Shown here piece by piece: positions 49,509 through 63,299 of a stretch of DNA of 64,000 nt. The translations under genes and the position numbers were made by a program. Numbering within the stretch: the stretch's first letter is position 1; each line of letters starts with the position of its first letter. Below the pieces are notes generated by a model. The model was given only the letters and a program-made list of their open reading frames with translations. It did not search any database and had not been told where the DNA came from. Source of the stretch: Haplodiscus bocki (lineage: Eukaryota); contig OZ296649.1 of assembly GCA_965655095.1 (NCBI GenBank), positions 106,392,001 through 106,456,000 on the forward strand. Direction: 5' to 3'.

Positions 49509-50056
49509 TTTATACACTCTAATTAACTTTTTAAAACATTAATACAATCCTTTTACATAGCATCAAGTCATATAAGTAACCGCACGCGTAATGAAACTTG
49601 CATCCCCACAAATGGTCAGAAAATCTCCGAATAAGGAAGGATTGGACCCGTTGCAAACCCCACATTTGCAAAGGACCCCCCCCCCCGTTTTGAACACCCC
49701 ATCCCCTATACTACTTCTGGGCACTGCCTAGGTTAACACATTGTCGAACTATACCTTATCTTAATACATTGCCCAACTACACCCTATCTTAATACATTGC
49801 CGAAATATATCCTATCTTGATACATTGAGCGAAACTATACCCTACCCTAATACATTACTGTCCGCAAGCAATCAATTTCGAGTAAAAGGTCAACCGAGTC
49901 GTTAGCCAATCAGAATCGAGTACTACGTGACCCGAGAGCTCTCGGCTCGGGTTGAAGGCCCTTCTCGACTCTCGGCTCGAGTCGGCTCGCTATAGCCTAT
50001 CTTAATACATAGGGTCTTCAGACCCCCCCACTTGGTCTTGTTGCTCTTCTACAGCT
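49509..50056 (-). repeat. Right TIR of Maverick 1
   Basis: Inverted copy of 31977-32718 with fewer 28-bp units (~4-5) and a single 20-bp unit. Confidence 0.93.
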
Positions 50057-53000
50057 GTCGGGTTTGTTCACTCCATCTTCCGACAAAAACACAAAAACGG
50101 ACTGAAGTTATGCGTTGGGAATGGACATCAAAGTGCTAAATCCTGATCCCGCATATACTTTCCTGAAAAAAATGCACCAAGATTCAATCTGCAATTTTGG
50201 GGGAACAAGAAACGGAAATTAAATTGCAAATCAACCAGTGTAATTGATCATAAACGTGTCATTCCAGAAAAAACCTAATCAGTTGAAAAAAAATGAACAT
50301 AAGTATGCACTAGAAACTTCCGAACGCCTTCCTCATTCGTCCTAATCCATTTCACAACAGTGATGTATTCTACTGCTAGCATTAGGGTGAGAGAGTGATT
50401 GGAAAATCACTTCACCACACTAGCGTTTATGGAGCACGTTCGGGACGCACAATCACTCATGGATTTTTAAAAGTTGTCGCACAGCTGTTCTGCCTGCTTG
50501 GAAAGCTATAAATTTCATCATTTCCAATGATTTAAGAAAACTTCAAGTCAATCACTTCAACAAACTTCAAAGGTGCAAGTCTTGATAGATTAAAAAATTA
50601 TATAAAAGCACCTTTGAATTGTCACAGGAGATTGGATAACAACAACTTTGTTCCGAACCGGCTTTGTCCTAGTCTGCATCAGTCTGATGGAAAACCATAC
50701 GTATTTTTAAGCATCATTACAGATGAACATAAAAAACAGCCTGAATTGCTTGTTAGCCAGTTTATCAGTTCCTATTGGTTCTGCGGAAAAATTCTCTACT
50801 TGGGAACATCACCTGCCCGCACGCCTTGCGGATATCCTGAGACATTATATATTTTTTCAGTTAATTCCGCTAGACAAGTGAGAATTTTGGATTCTTTTCG
50901 TTCACGCTGAAGAAAGAGCTACGAGAACGTTTTTCCAAATGATGAAACTCAATTTGTTCGTTGACTTTTCCTTGTTGTGCTCAAAAAACGTTCAATTTAC
51001 ATGTCACTTTATGTTGGTTTACCTCACTTCTCCTTTTTTAATCGAGTGATGAAAGTTTTCTTGCACGAGGACTCGTTAAGTTGATTTCAGTTCCTGCCGT
51101 CTGTGGCATCGCTCTGGGTTTCACTTGATCAATCCTAAAAATCACGGCAGCTATTGGTCGAACCTACTGGTTTTTTCGATAGACACTACGGCGAGTTAAC
51201 GATCTATCGTATCAAAAGTTTGGGGTGTCAAAATAGTTTCTCGGCAAGGTGTTATTGAAAAAAGTTTCGATTGCTGGTCATCCTAAGGCGAACAGCTTTC
51301 ATTTTTCTTTCCTCTCCTTACAATGGGCTCAGAGAGGCTAATGTTTTGGCAATAATCGCGGCCTGTCATAGGTGTTATTTGGATGAAGAGGAACTTGTTT
51401 CGAGTGTTTTGTATCTTGATACAATTTACTGCGACTGCCATTACCTTGATCAAAATGCTGCAGATGTCCACCTCCCGGTCACCCCCAAAATCTTTTAAGG
51501 ACCGTGAAACCTCCGGGTTGCCCAAAAAAATTTTCAAAAGGTTTTTTGAGAAGATTGCCAAAAAAACTAACAATTTTTGAGAAAATTCTTTGTTTTCCGA
51601 TTGATATATCTTCACCGAAAACCAAAAAATTTCAAATTTCGCGACCCCGCTGCGCCAGGGCCTCTTCTACGAAACGGTGAACAGTTACCGGGTGTTCCTT
51701 TGACATGACAATTCTTTTTGTCAGCTACATTTTTTGGGAAAAAAAATTAATGTTAGATGTCTGTTGTTGCCTCTAATGTCTGCTCTCTTCCTTATGAGTC
51801 TCGATTTTTCCATTTTCACTGTGGCATCATATGAAGATGTCATGTGATCAGCGTTGTTTTTGGCACATTGAGTGCTTTCGCCAGTTTTCCGCTAAACACC
51901 TTAATGCCTGGGTTTTATCTTCTTGGCAGAATTTGAGACACCTCCAAGAAAGTTTTTCTTCCAACACCTTTGTCCCCAATCCTTTGATGGGTATCGGCGA
52001 AACTTTCTCCTAGATCGACGCAGAAGGCAAGGGCAAAACTAACGAGGAAAAACCTTTGGAAAATTTTCGGCAAACAGGGCTTTTTATCGAAACATTTGGA
52101 ACATTCGCTAAATCGCTACTTTCGGTAATCTTGGGATCAGACGTACGTTTCCGTGACCGTGCCTAGCCAGGTGTGCCCGAATAAAGTTATTCCTGATCTG
52201 CTATTGTCCACATTTTGGATCGTTTTGCTGCTTGTGTGTGAACTTTTTTCGCCTGGTATTAATTAGTCCAAAAATCCGACTGCAAATTTCTTGCTGAACT
52301 TGCGAAAAAAACTTGCACGCCGATATCTCAGAGCACTTTCAGTTTAGGGGTTCAAGTTTTTCACTACCATCACAATATAACTCTTGGCTTTTTTTGTGAT
52401 AATATCTTCTTTCATTTTTTTTTCAGCGGAGAATATTTGGCTTTACTGTATATGACGTGCGAATTACGTACTTTTAGGATAAATAAGTACAATCTCTACA
52501 ATCGCAAGTGCATCGCTCCGTGCAAACATTAATCAAGTTATCTTGTTTGCTTTGCAGGGGTGATTTACGTCTCAGATAAGTTGTGGGAAACTTCGATAGG
52601 TTCGTTTTTGGCAAAAGTGTTTGATTTATTCTGTAGGTGACTTCAAAGTAGCGCTTCTTAGAGCTTTTGAACCAACACCAAACCTTCCAATTTCGCCTAG
52701 AGTTTCCTCTCCCGTTCAAAAATTTCGGAATTTGATTTTAAGATAAATTGTCCATTTTTCTGTTCGTGAAATTTTTGTGCACTTCTTCAAGACGGAAATA
52801 AAAATTTTAGTTATTTCCTCGGCCATTCTCGACAGCTTTACCCGGCAACTGTGACTGATGTCATTGTGTGAAAACTCAAAAACTATGCAGCGTTCAAGCC
52901 AAATGGAAAAGTAATACACAAGTGATGAAACTGCACATCAGTTGTGTTTTTACAATTTGAAAAATTTCAGCTTAGGAAAGCTCCTGTAACTAAATGAATA

Positions 53001-56000
53001 ATTTCCACTGTAGTTTGACTGGCATCCCATGCGTTTGGCAGGTATTCATTTGGAATAGAAAGTAGTATTACTAGGAAGCTAGTTGGAACAAATGTTTTGG
53101 TGTGGTTCCAACTTGTTAGCTACCTTTCTTAGGGCATATGTTTTCAGGGCTTCGAGTGAAACGAGAATGCCTTTTTGTGGGCGTATCTTGCTTTCAAGGC
53201 TTCCAGTGAAACAGAAGTTCCTGTTCTCGGCCATTCTGCTTGGAAAACGTTTTAGGGCTCCAAAAAAAACAGAAAAACCCTCCTATTCACCGTTTAGCTT
53301 GAAACTGTTGCTTTTGTTGGCGTGACGTTTCCCAACGCTGCCAAATTTGACCGGCGTTAGTTTTTCGCTGAGAGACGGAAATGACAAGGTTTTTCTGATG
53401 AAGCAGAAAAAATATTCGAAGCTTTTGTTTGCGCCTCAGTTTCAAGCTCAAACAATATTTTTGACACGGAGTTTTGCTAGTTGAAGTCGACATATAAAAC
53501 AAACTATCGAGTTATAACCTACACCAACAGTAAGAAGTTGTACTCATTCATCACTCGCGACCTTCTATTAGTACCAAATATTCACATACTCAACTGTATT
53601 TGTTTTCTGCAACTGACCAGTCTTCTGTTGCGAGAGGTATCACAAAAAATGGAAAAAGATAGTTAAAAGTCATCTGATTCCAATTTTAAGTCAAGTGAAA
53701 ACCCCTGAACTTGCGGATTTTGACCACTTATACACACCCAGTTGCAACTAAACAAGCGTGGTTTCATCAGCAGTAGAGCTTCAACCTGGATTTTCCAGAA
53801 CTTTCTGACTGGCGTCAGGGTGTCATAATTTTTTGCGACTTTTAAATTTATTTTAGTTAATTCGAACTTTGCGGTTTCCTCAACCTGTTTCCACTGCAGG
53901 AACCTTTCATAGGCCCAATAAATGTTTGGTCAAGGTTTACGACCTACGTTTTAGACGTGTTTTTACCAATTTCAATTTTCAGGCGGGTGATATTTTTCTT
54001 AGAAAGTGTTTTCCATTGCATTCTCAAAATTGAGGTGGTTTTTAAGTTATATAATAGTTTTTCTTCGCAAGTGATCGGGAGCAGTTTTTTTCAAATGGTT
54101 TTGACCCTTTTAGCGTAGTGCGGCACTTCCTGCAGTGCAATTATCATGATTGGTGAAAAAATTGATAAAGGAAGAATGTCAAAAGGCAGAGTTTTTTACT
54201 ACTAAAACTGTTAATTTGCAGTCTAGCACCTCAGAGCAGGGCTTCACAACTCTGTGACTGTTTGAATGAAATTTAATGAATTTCTATTGACCATAAAGGA
54301 TTATTGGAAAAAGTGGAGAAGGTTTTACATCAGCTGTCATTTTGTTTGAGAGTTCAGTTATGAATCAGAAAATCGATTATCTTTCTCCGGAATGCGGTAT
54401 GTCTAGTCAGTTAATCAATCTACCGTGTAGCAATCTTTGAAATTTTCTGCGCATGAAAAGGAGCTGCCGATATTGCGTCTTTTGTGTGTTGCAGTCACTG
54501 CTCGTCGCCCGTCCGCTAAGTTGCTTAGCGGTTGCGTTTTCTGGCGAGCGGAGCGAAGCCTTTTCGCACATAGACACTTCGAAAGGTTTCATTTTGTACT
54601 CGTCAGTGACATCTATCTGCGTTTCTTCTGCGTAAAACTAAAGTCCGATCGCTTTTCAGCTGGATTTGTCTAATTTCTTCATTCGCATTACTTTGGGCTC
54701 ACGATCTATCAAATCTTTATTTCTGACAGCCAAATTTCTTGTTCGGCAGGTTGTTAGCAAAAAAATTTCAAGTTTTCAGCTTTCCGTAGGGCAATTTTTT
54801 CCAGTCCTGTCCTTTCTGTAAGCTTAAAAATGCTAAATTTCTGCAAAAATTAGTGGAGACATTTTTGGTTTCCGGTAGGTTTTCTGTGATAATTACCGAC
54901 AAATGCTCGTTCTCGGTCAACATTTGTCAAAAAAATGAAAGTGTCAACTTTTCGAAACAACCTTGTGACGTAATGCTTGCCCCACTGAGTTTTTTATGTG
55001 TGCCGGTTTTCTCCGAACGAAGTAAAAGCATACAGTTACTTTTTTAGTTGAATCGGTGAGGCTGTAATCGACCCGCCAAGAAGTTCTTCGCCGGAGAGTT
55101 TTTGGCGAAGAACAATTGAAGGCCCAGTTTTTTTGCGAAGCAAGTGGTTTCTTCTCGAATTTTTGGGCATTTTAACCGCTGTATGGCATTCCAATAGTGC
55201 TGAGGCAATGATGTATATTTTTTTTGTTGCAATTGGGTTTCATTAATTTTTTTCAATTTTTCTACATGGTTTAACAAAAAAATTTCCCGAAATGAAAAGT
55301 TTCTCAAAGAAGCTGGTGCATTATCTAATCTCTTCTGATTTTAGCGTGCCTCAATCCAATACGTATGTCCTCAAGTAAATTGTTTTTCAAGCGGGTTGTA
55401 CAGGAGTGTGTTTTTCGTGCAAGTTTCCAATCCAAAGGAGTCTTTCTCATGAACTATTTGCCGATAATTGTTCAAAAAAGTTTCCTCATTACCTTTAGTC
55501 TTTTCTAGTGACTTTTTTTCTGTGTCACAAATATCAGAAAAAGTGTTTGGGGACTTCCACTGGGACGCCTAGAGAAATAGATGAGAGAATCTGAGGGTAC
55601 TCTTTGTCGTAGAAAGGAGGTTTGGCCGAGTTACTCTTCAGATGCAGGCGGAGTTAATTCCATTTTTCAGCCTTTTGCAATAGGTTAAAACAACTCTCAT
55701 CACCTGGATGAAAGAGCTGCAATTGTGGGCTTTCTATAGAATTGTAGCGTCCCTCAGTATTTATGCGATCCTAAGTTTCCACATAAAGTTTTCTAATAGA
55801 GTTTTGCCAGACAAATCTTTTAATGGAACACGGGTTTCTGGGCGGAATTATTCTCTTTTTGATTCGATTGACTTTACTTACTGCCCTAATTGTCAGTCTT
55901 TGTGATCTTGCTACGTCAAGGACGAAAATGTTTAATTTTGACTGTTTTTTGTTCATTTTGAGACGAATCATTTTTCCGTTTCAACTAGGTATTGGTGAGA

Positions 56001-56747
56001 TATATTCGTTAAACACCTGCCGTTACCTCGATCGTGTGCTCTCTGCCTGATCTCTTTGGATTTTGGCTTATGCTTTCAGATATTTGCTTTCAGTTACATG
56101 CATTTTGTCTGGGATGTATTCAGGAGATTGAGAACCTTCGTCAGCCTTAAAGTAGGCACATTGGGGCCTGAGTTTTTTATATCTTCCACCCATGATTTGT
56201 TACATCTCTCAGCGTTTCTTGAACTTAGGGCGTTTTTCTTCAGAACCAGACGGTTGGAGTGTTCTAGTTTTTTCAAACTTCCAAAGGCAAGGTTTTGAGC
56301 GAATAAACACAACAAATTCGCTACCCAAAAGTTTTCGCCGCGAAATTAATAGCGGAAACAATCTGAAAACGCTGAACTTTTCCGAGACAACTCGTTTTCT
56401 GGTTAGCACCACTACCATAAACGTGCGTTAGATGTTTATCTTGACAAAATCGATGTCGAATCGTTATGGCCGTGGTGGCCAATTATTGAAACAAACTTTG
56501 CAAATCCTGCGGCAGCGTTTGGGCAAAAATTTTGCGAAAACATCAAAAGACGGGCTTTTTTGTCTTTCGCCCACTTCAATTAGGTATTTCGCGCCCTATT
56601 ACAAGGAAACTTTTCGTCCAATGAATTTGGTTAAAGTAAGTGCACGCTGACAAGGTTGTTGTTGCCGATGCTGAAGTTTTGCGACTGTTGGAAGTTTCTC
56701 GCCGCCAGAAAAACAGTCGAAAGTAGTTGAATCTTCGTTTCTTGAGC

Positions 56748-57141
56748 TTGCAAAGGCCTTGGTTGGTTCGAAACACAGGTGAACTAATTTCTACGAAGAC
56801 AACTAGACAATAATATGTATCAAAACAACCTCTGATTTTTCCCACGGATTTCTTGCTGAAGATTTTGCGAAAATAATTCGAAAATCTTGCGTTTCTTTAG
56901 CAATTTGATCCTTATCAAAGCCTGCAACTAAGGCTTTGCACATGTTTCTTTCTAGAGTTTGCAAAGGCCTTGGTTGGTTCGAACGATTGGTGAACTGATT
57001 TCTACGAAGACAAGTAGACAGTAATGTGTATCAACACAACCTCTGTTCCTTTTCGACGCCTTTCTTGAAGAAGGTTTGGTGGATAATAATTCGGCAATCT
57101 TGCCTTTTTTGAGCAATTTTATCCCTATTAAAGACTGCAAA
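56748..57141. repeat. Diverged tandem duplication, period ~211 bp
   Basis: TTGCAAAGGCCTTGGTTGGTTCGAA...TTTCTACGAAGACAA starts at 56748 and again at 56959. Confidence 0.85.
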
Positions 57142-60100
57142 TGCCTTTGTTGTTTCGAAACATTAGTGAAAAGATTTTCCGAGGGCAGTTACACAACATA
57201 GTTTGTCGGTTGAGGCTTCTGTTTTCCCCGCTTCGTTTTTACGAAAAAAAATTGTTTGCTTTGTGGCAAAACTTTTAGATCGTAATGCTTCTAATTAACT
57301 TTTTTGCTATAGTTCTTGTGTCTAATACTTTGAAGACGTGCAGCATTCGTCTTTGACATGGCTTTTGCTTTTCGGGAGCTTTGCGACAAGCACTTTGCGC
57401 CTGTTTTACTATTTTTTTGTTAACGCTTTATACGTGGCATCTTTGATGCATACGTTTTTTGTTATGGGGGTCAAAGTTTTTCAACGAAATTTTGCGAGCG
57501 GAATGCGTGAATAAAAGTAAAATTTTTAGAATAACGAAGCAAAATTAGTGAAGATTTCAGTAAAAGTTTCCAGAACACAGCACTTTTTTGAATCCAAAAC
57601 TCGTCTCAAAAAACAGAGCCTTTACTCAACACCATTTCAATCACAAAATAGTTTGCACGAGTCTCGAGAAAAGATTGAACGACATATTTTGTCTGGTCTG
57701 CTTTCATTGATGCCAAAAGATGTTTCATGTTTGGTTCTTTCCTAATCGTCAGCTACCGCTTAAAAATATTTGACATTATAAGTGAAGCCCTCAGACCGTG
57801 CTTTTGCGGTTTTTCTTTTTGACGCGTTCTTCGCTGTTGTCAGTCATTCTCAAACACTTTCCAGGTATCATTCAGACAATTTTTACACAAAGTGGACTAT
57901 CAGCAAAGTCAGTGGTGAAACAGTGAAATCGTAGAGCACCAGAATTGGACTGATAAACACCATTGAACAATTACTTGACCAGCAAGAACGAGTAAAAACA
58001 TAAAAACATTTAGCGCACGCATCGATCCCCTCATGGAAAGACTGAAATTTATTTCAAATGTGTCATTTCAAAATCGTGTCTTTTTGGTCATGTGATTTGC
58101 CAGTTTTTCGATAACGGGCATTGCAGAACAGCATTAGCATCGATTTGCGCTAAACGGAAGATAGTGCCTCGCTAAAACGGAGTATGATAAACAATAACTG
58201 TGAAATGAAAATTTTGAGTGAACATAATCAAGAGTTTATAACTTCAGGTGTCATTCAGAGCATATTACAGTAACAAACGAGATTCTGGAAGTAAAATTCA
58301 AGATTTCGCGGAATAACCTTGTTTGTAGATTTGTGCAACCATCAGACTTGCCCTTTTTCTACAATTGTCTGCGCAAAAACATGAGAGAGTTTGCTATCGT
58401 TGTTTCAAAGTTCATGGTGCCACTGGTTCATGGTGCCAAATTTTATCTTTTATGTTACATTTTACCTTATTTTCAAATGTATCCGCATAAAAAAGTGTAA
58501 AAGTGGCCGGATATGGCTTAGGTCCGACTTTTGACTATATCTTCGCAAAACCACTCAAACCACCCAATTAAGTACGTATACACTTCTAAGACAAGGCTTG
58601 CAAAGAGTCCGGTTGCTCAACCAAAAATACATACAATGAGAAAGTATCGTGCATCCTTTGTGATCTCTGAATCTCGAATTGACAGTCGTAGGGTAGGTCG
58701 TTAACCCTGAACTCAGCAGGACCTCGTCACTCTTGAGGTTGTTCTGTTCAGTCTGAATTCTCTACTTTCCGCAAATAAATTCAACAAAACTCCATAAACA
58801 TCAATTATTACCCATTAACAAAATCCATTTTATCAGCAAAAATCTTAAAGCAAGCAATACCAAAATTAAAATTACTTTCCAAAAACTGATAGAGAGGTGA
58901 AGCTTCGCTTTGCAATACTTGCGTCAACGGAATACATGTGAAAAAATCAAACACATAGCGATTTTCTGAAGAGGCCATGCTACTACGAAAACAACTGATT
59001 GAACATTTAAACAAAATTTTTCGATAAAAAAATTCTCACAAGCTTATAAACAAGTCTAACTAGTACGAGCAGCTATAGCAGTTAACTCGTTTTCTAATTA
59101 AAACAAGCGATTGAAAAATAGGCCATGTGAGCAAAGATTTCCCAGAAAAAGAGCGAATGAACAAAATCTGTGAACATTAGAAACTGCGAAAAAATCCGTG
59201 TTCTGAAAGTCCGCAAAAGCCTGTGACATAGCACTCGTTTGCGCGAGTGTAAAATAATCCAATCAAATCTCTACTAAAGTAGTAACCACAACCAAATATT
59301 CAAACGAGGCGGAACAACATCGACAACAAAAACTCCAACTATAACATAGAATTGTAATAATATAAAAAATGTCTCAAAAATGAATTGAAATCTTCTCCCT
59401 ACACGGCTGAATTTTTCGCAAAGTGTAAGTCTCTAATTTTAATATCACTGATTGAATTTCCTTTCGAAAGAACAAATCATTTTACACGAATCTTGTGAAG
59501 AAGTTTCAATAACACGGCGAAAGAACAAGGAGCATTCTTTATCAGTGGCACAGTCCAAATTGAGCAGCAAAATTAAAACATCGTACAGAAACCGGCTTTG
59601 GACGTCATCCATGGAACTCTTTTTCACTTACCAATTCCAACCACTCAATAGCTCTTCCTACAATTTTTTGGTAAAAGTTTGTTCAGCAATGACCAAAAAG
59701 ACTTGCTCCCAGAACCATCCGCCCATTCCGTAGCTTACGCAAGGTCTTGCTTCACGTTCTTGTGGACGGCAGTTCTTCTTCTGGAGGTTCATAAGCTTTC
59801 GCTCTTTTGTTCGTAATTATGCGTCACGCTTACTGATTGCACTGTACTGACCAGGAGATGCAGCATGTTGTCCTGTTGTTTTCGCAGTTTTTCAAAAATG
59901 TATTTTTTTTCTTCAAAAACTTTTCGAATTGGTAATGATGCCATTATTCTCTCAAAAAAGTTGTCTGTCGTAAGGCTGAAATAAAGATGAAATTGGTGCA
60001 CGTTCCATTTTTAAAAACGAAAAGAAAACTTGTGAAAGTTCATTAGTCACAAGTGCTTCAAAATATTTACCGAGTGCTCTAGTGTTTGCGCGACATGGTA

Positions 60101-61819
60101 TAATCATAAATGGAATGAGCGAACACTTGAATTGCAAAGACACGCACGTGAAAAGATGGGCGAAATGTTCGTTGCGAATAAATTGGACTGCCGAACAAAT
60201 GGACACCATTTAAATGTGTTTTAGTTTGATCATCATCGATCATTGTTTTTCTTTAACAATTATGCCATATCCTGAATTGTTATCGACCTTCCTTCCCAGA
60301 TACAGGACGATTGTGTTGGAAGCACGTGTTAAAAAAAACAAATAACAAACCCGTACAAAACAATTTTTCCAAAAAAAACTAAACCCAAAACCTCCGATTG
60401 CTCTTCAAAAACTGGTAAATCTGTACCCGGTTCCAACATTTGTCTAAATTTTTTATACAATAAAAGTGTCTATAATACCAAAAAAACGGAATGGAAAATG
60501 CTGGTTTTTTTTGTGCAGAAATAGTGGCAAAATTTGAAGTTTTCCGGGAAAACAGCAGCGTCTACCGACTTTTTTAGGAATAAAAACAGTGTTTTCGCAG
60601 TTTCTTTGCTGCCCACGGATAAAGAATTTTTCATTCCATTATCACTTCACGATGTCAGTTCAGTATTTTAGCAGATCCTATGGACTGCAGATATATGAAC
60701 TCTTCTCTCCAGAAGCTGTTGAAAATCAAAAGTTGATTTTAGGAAGGGCAAGAAGTAAACTTTCTATGAACTGACATCACTCAAACATCTTTCCTTACAG
60801 CAGGGTCCTGACAGTATTGTAAGATATTTTGGCCATTGGCATCCTGTTCCCATCTCTAGACACCAATTTTTACTATTGTTGTTGTTCAGCATCTTAACAC
60901 TCCAATCAACAATTTATCTTAAGAGGTCCGAGATTCTTTGATTTCCCCTCCATAAACGTTTCTCGAGCTGACATCCAGATTAGGGTATAAAAACTTATTG
61001 GTGATTTTTTACTATTGTATCGGCGGAATGGTCGCCGTTTATGGGAAGACTAGCGGCATAATCCAAAACAAATGTTGAAATAAAAAATATTTGGGTCTGA
61101 CAATGACTACTTGCAGTTTTCAGCAACAACCCGTAAATTTTAACCTAAAATGTCTCAAGATAAATCACCACAAAGGAAAACAAGTTGTTGCATGCATTCG
61201 TTGCAAAACTGAAAACGAAAAACTCATAAATTGAACAATGACTGCAGATTGCTTATTAGCCAATTAGTTCGACTTGTGTTCATAATTGGACTATGTTCGG
61301 TCCTGGGCGATTTTTTATAGTACACCTCTCAGTGCGTCCGAATCGATTTCATGTTTCGACACCAGCAAATTTGGAATTGTGGGTAGAGATTGTTAAAACT
61401 TCCTCTAGAGACTGAATTATGTTCAAAATTCAAAGGTTTGTAAAATCATCAATCTGACCTAAAAGTATATTTAGCTTTGATTTGATTTTCGGGACGACTC
61501 TTTTCTGACAGCAGTTTGAAATTTCTGCCCCATAAAATTTGCAACTTTGTTTCGAACATTGCTTCGGCTCTTTTTGCTAAAAGTTCGGGGGCAACTTCGC
61601 CATTTGAACTTGTTCTTTTGCCAATCCACATCTCTTGCAGTATTATTCCAACATAACTGCATAGTGGCTTTTCCTGGCACATTATTGGCCTTAGTGTCGT
61701 AACTACAGATGTTCCTGTAAAAAAAGCGATGTCTGAGTAAATAAATATGTTTTGGGCACTGCCATGCTTGCATGATGGAAAAGAAAATTCTAATTCCTAT
61801 GAATTTGCTATTAGCTTTT

Positions 61820-62284
61820 CCATAAAGTTTGAACCTCTCCACTATTTGTTATCACTTAATATGTAACAGTCTTATGCAGCTTTAATTTTGTTAGCATGCT
61901 CGAAACTCATTAGGTCATAGTATTCCTTCCAAACGTCTACGAAGGCGACTTGTGTATTACAAAACGAAAAGTGTGCTGCTGTAACATCCTTGTAACAATG
62001 GCAGTAAGTTTGGTCAGAAATTTCACATCACGATCTGCTGACCTCGTCAAACCCCATAAAGTTTGAACCTCTCCACTATTTGTTATCACTTAATATGTAA
62101 CAGTCTTATGTAGCTTTAATTTTGTTAGCATGCTCGAAACTCATTAGGTCATAGTATTCCTTCCAAACGTCTACGAAGGCGACTTGTGTATTACAAAACG
62201 AAAAGTGTGCTGCTGTAACATCCTTGTAACAATGGCAGTAAGTTTGGTCAGAAATTTCACATCACGATCTGCTGACCTCGTCAA
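61820..62284. repeat. Near-identical tandem duplication of 231 bp
   Basis: 61820-62050 and 62054-62284, one mismatch noticed (TATGCAGC/TATGTAGC), 3-nt ACC spacer. Confidence 0.95.
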
Positions 62285-63299
62285 GGGAATTCAAATCAAT
62301 CTGCCTATTAACCATGCTGAACATGTGAAGGATACTTAATTTTATGATAACACGGTACTTCACATTTTTTCAACTTTGCATGAAACTATAGTGAATGATG
62401 CATCAACACGGTATGTATTTCATTTTTCCAGACTGGAAAATTTTTCGAAGTGCCCGTGAACTGATAATGCTGAAAACTGATACATTTTTTTGTTATTTGA
62501 GCCTTTCCGTTAGATTGAATGAGAAAACCACTTTGACTCAAACAACAGTGCTTTTGAAGAAGTTCAATTTTCGTAATTCTTATCTAGTTAGTCAGGCGCA
62601 GTAGAACAATTTAGTTTGTTGGATGAAATTAAACCACAATTGTTTAACCTGACAAGGATTTTTATTGAAGAGCAGTAACCAACCAAGAAACAGGACCCAA
62701 TCGTGTGACTACAAAAATTACCACGTGAGAATTTAGTGTTAGTGATAGGACACACGCCAACCGAAACGATCACAACACATACGTACCGACAACCTCTGCA
62801 TACATATCTAACAGGAAGATTTCACATCGGTCCCAGCACAATTTTACTTCGAATAATTCATACTCGCTAAATTTACTTTCTTCCTTGAACATACAAAAAA
62901 TCTTAAGCTGCTCTCTCATACATAAATACACTAGTTGCTCCCAAGGCGGTAGATAGGTGTGACAGGCTGTGAGCAAAACTTTGCAAGTTAACTGCTGATG
63001 ATAAGCATAGCAAGCTCTAATGCTTAGCAGTTTTGAAAATGCGGGCGGATTGGCATCAATAATATTTTTGTTCAGTTTCGAGTATCTCACGAACTCATCT
63101 CAAAAATCCGCAATAAATCTGTATCTCAATTTCTTTGTTTATTTTAAATTAACAAATGAAAAGAAACTTTATTGTACTTTTTTGAACTTCTTGCTTTAGT
63201 ATTTTTATCCTTCAATAGTTCCAACCTAGTATACAAAAAATTGTTAAGGGTGACAGTAAACAGCCGCTGCTTTTGAATTGGATTCAAGCTTTCAAAATA

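Larger units (their letters stand above)
31977..50056. mobile_element. Complete, decayed Maverick/Polinton (~18.1 kb)
   Basis: Left end AGTAGTAGAAGAG, right end CTCTTCTACAGCT; long TIRs; 6-bp TSD ATCGGG (31971-31976) / GTCGGG (50057-50062). Encodes pPolB, INT, ATPase, MCP, mCP and PRO. Confidence 0.97.

Noticed and set aside
50600-56700. Possible very old Helitron Rep-helicase on the minus strand
   Set aside because: Scattered resemblances (GS-like, YxxK-like, Walker A-like) are too degenerate to support without a profile search.
59452-59733. pogo/Tigger-like QPL(D) motif (YQFQPLNS)
   Set aside because: Single short motif; no other DDE motifs or TIRs identified.
60800-63100. Coding-like decayed sequence (ORFs 61471..61842 and 62770..63090)
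   Set aside because: No family motif recognised; left unannotated.
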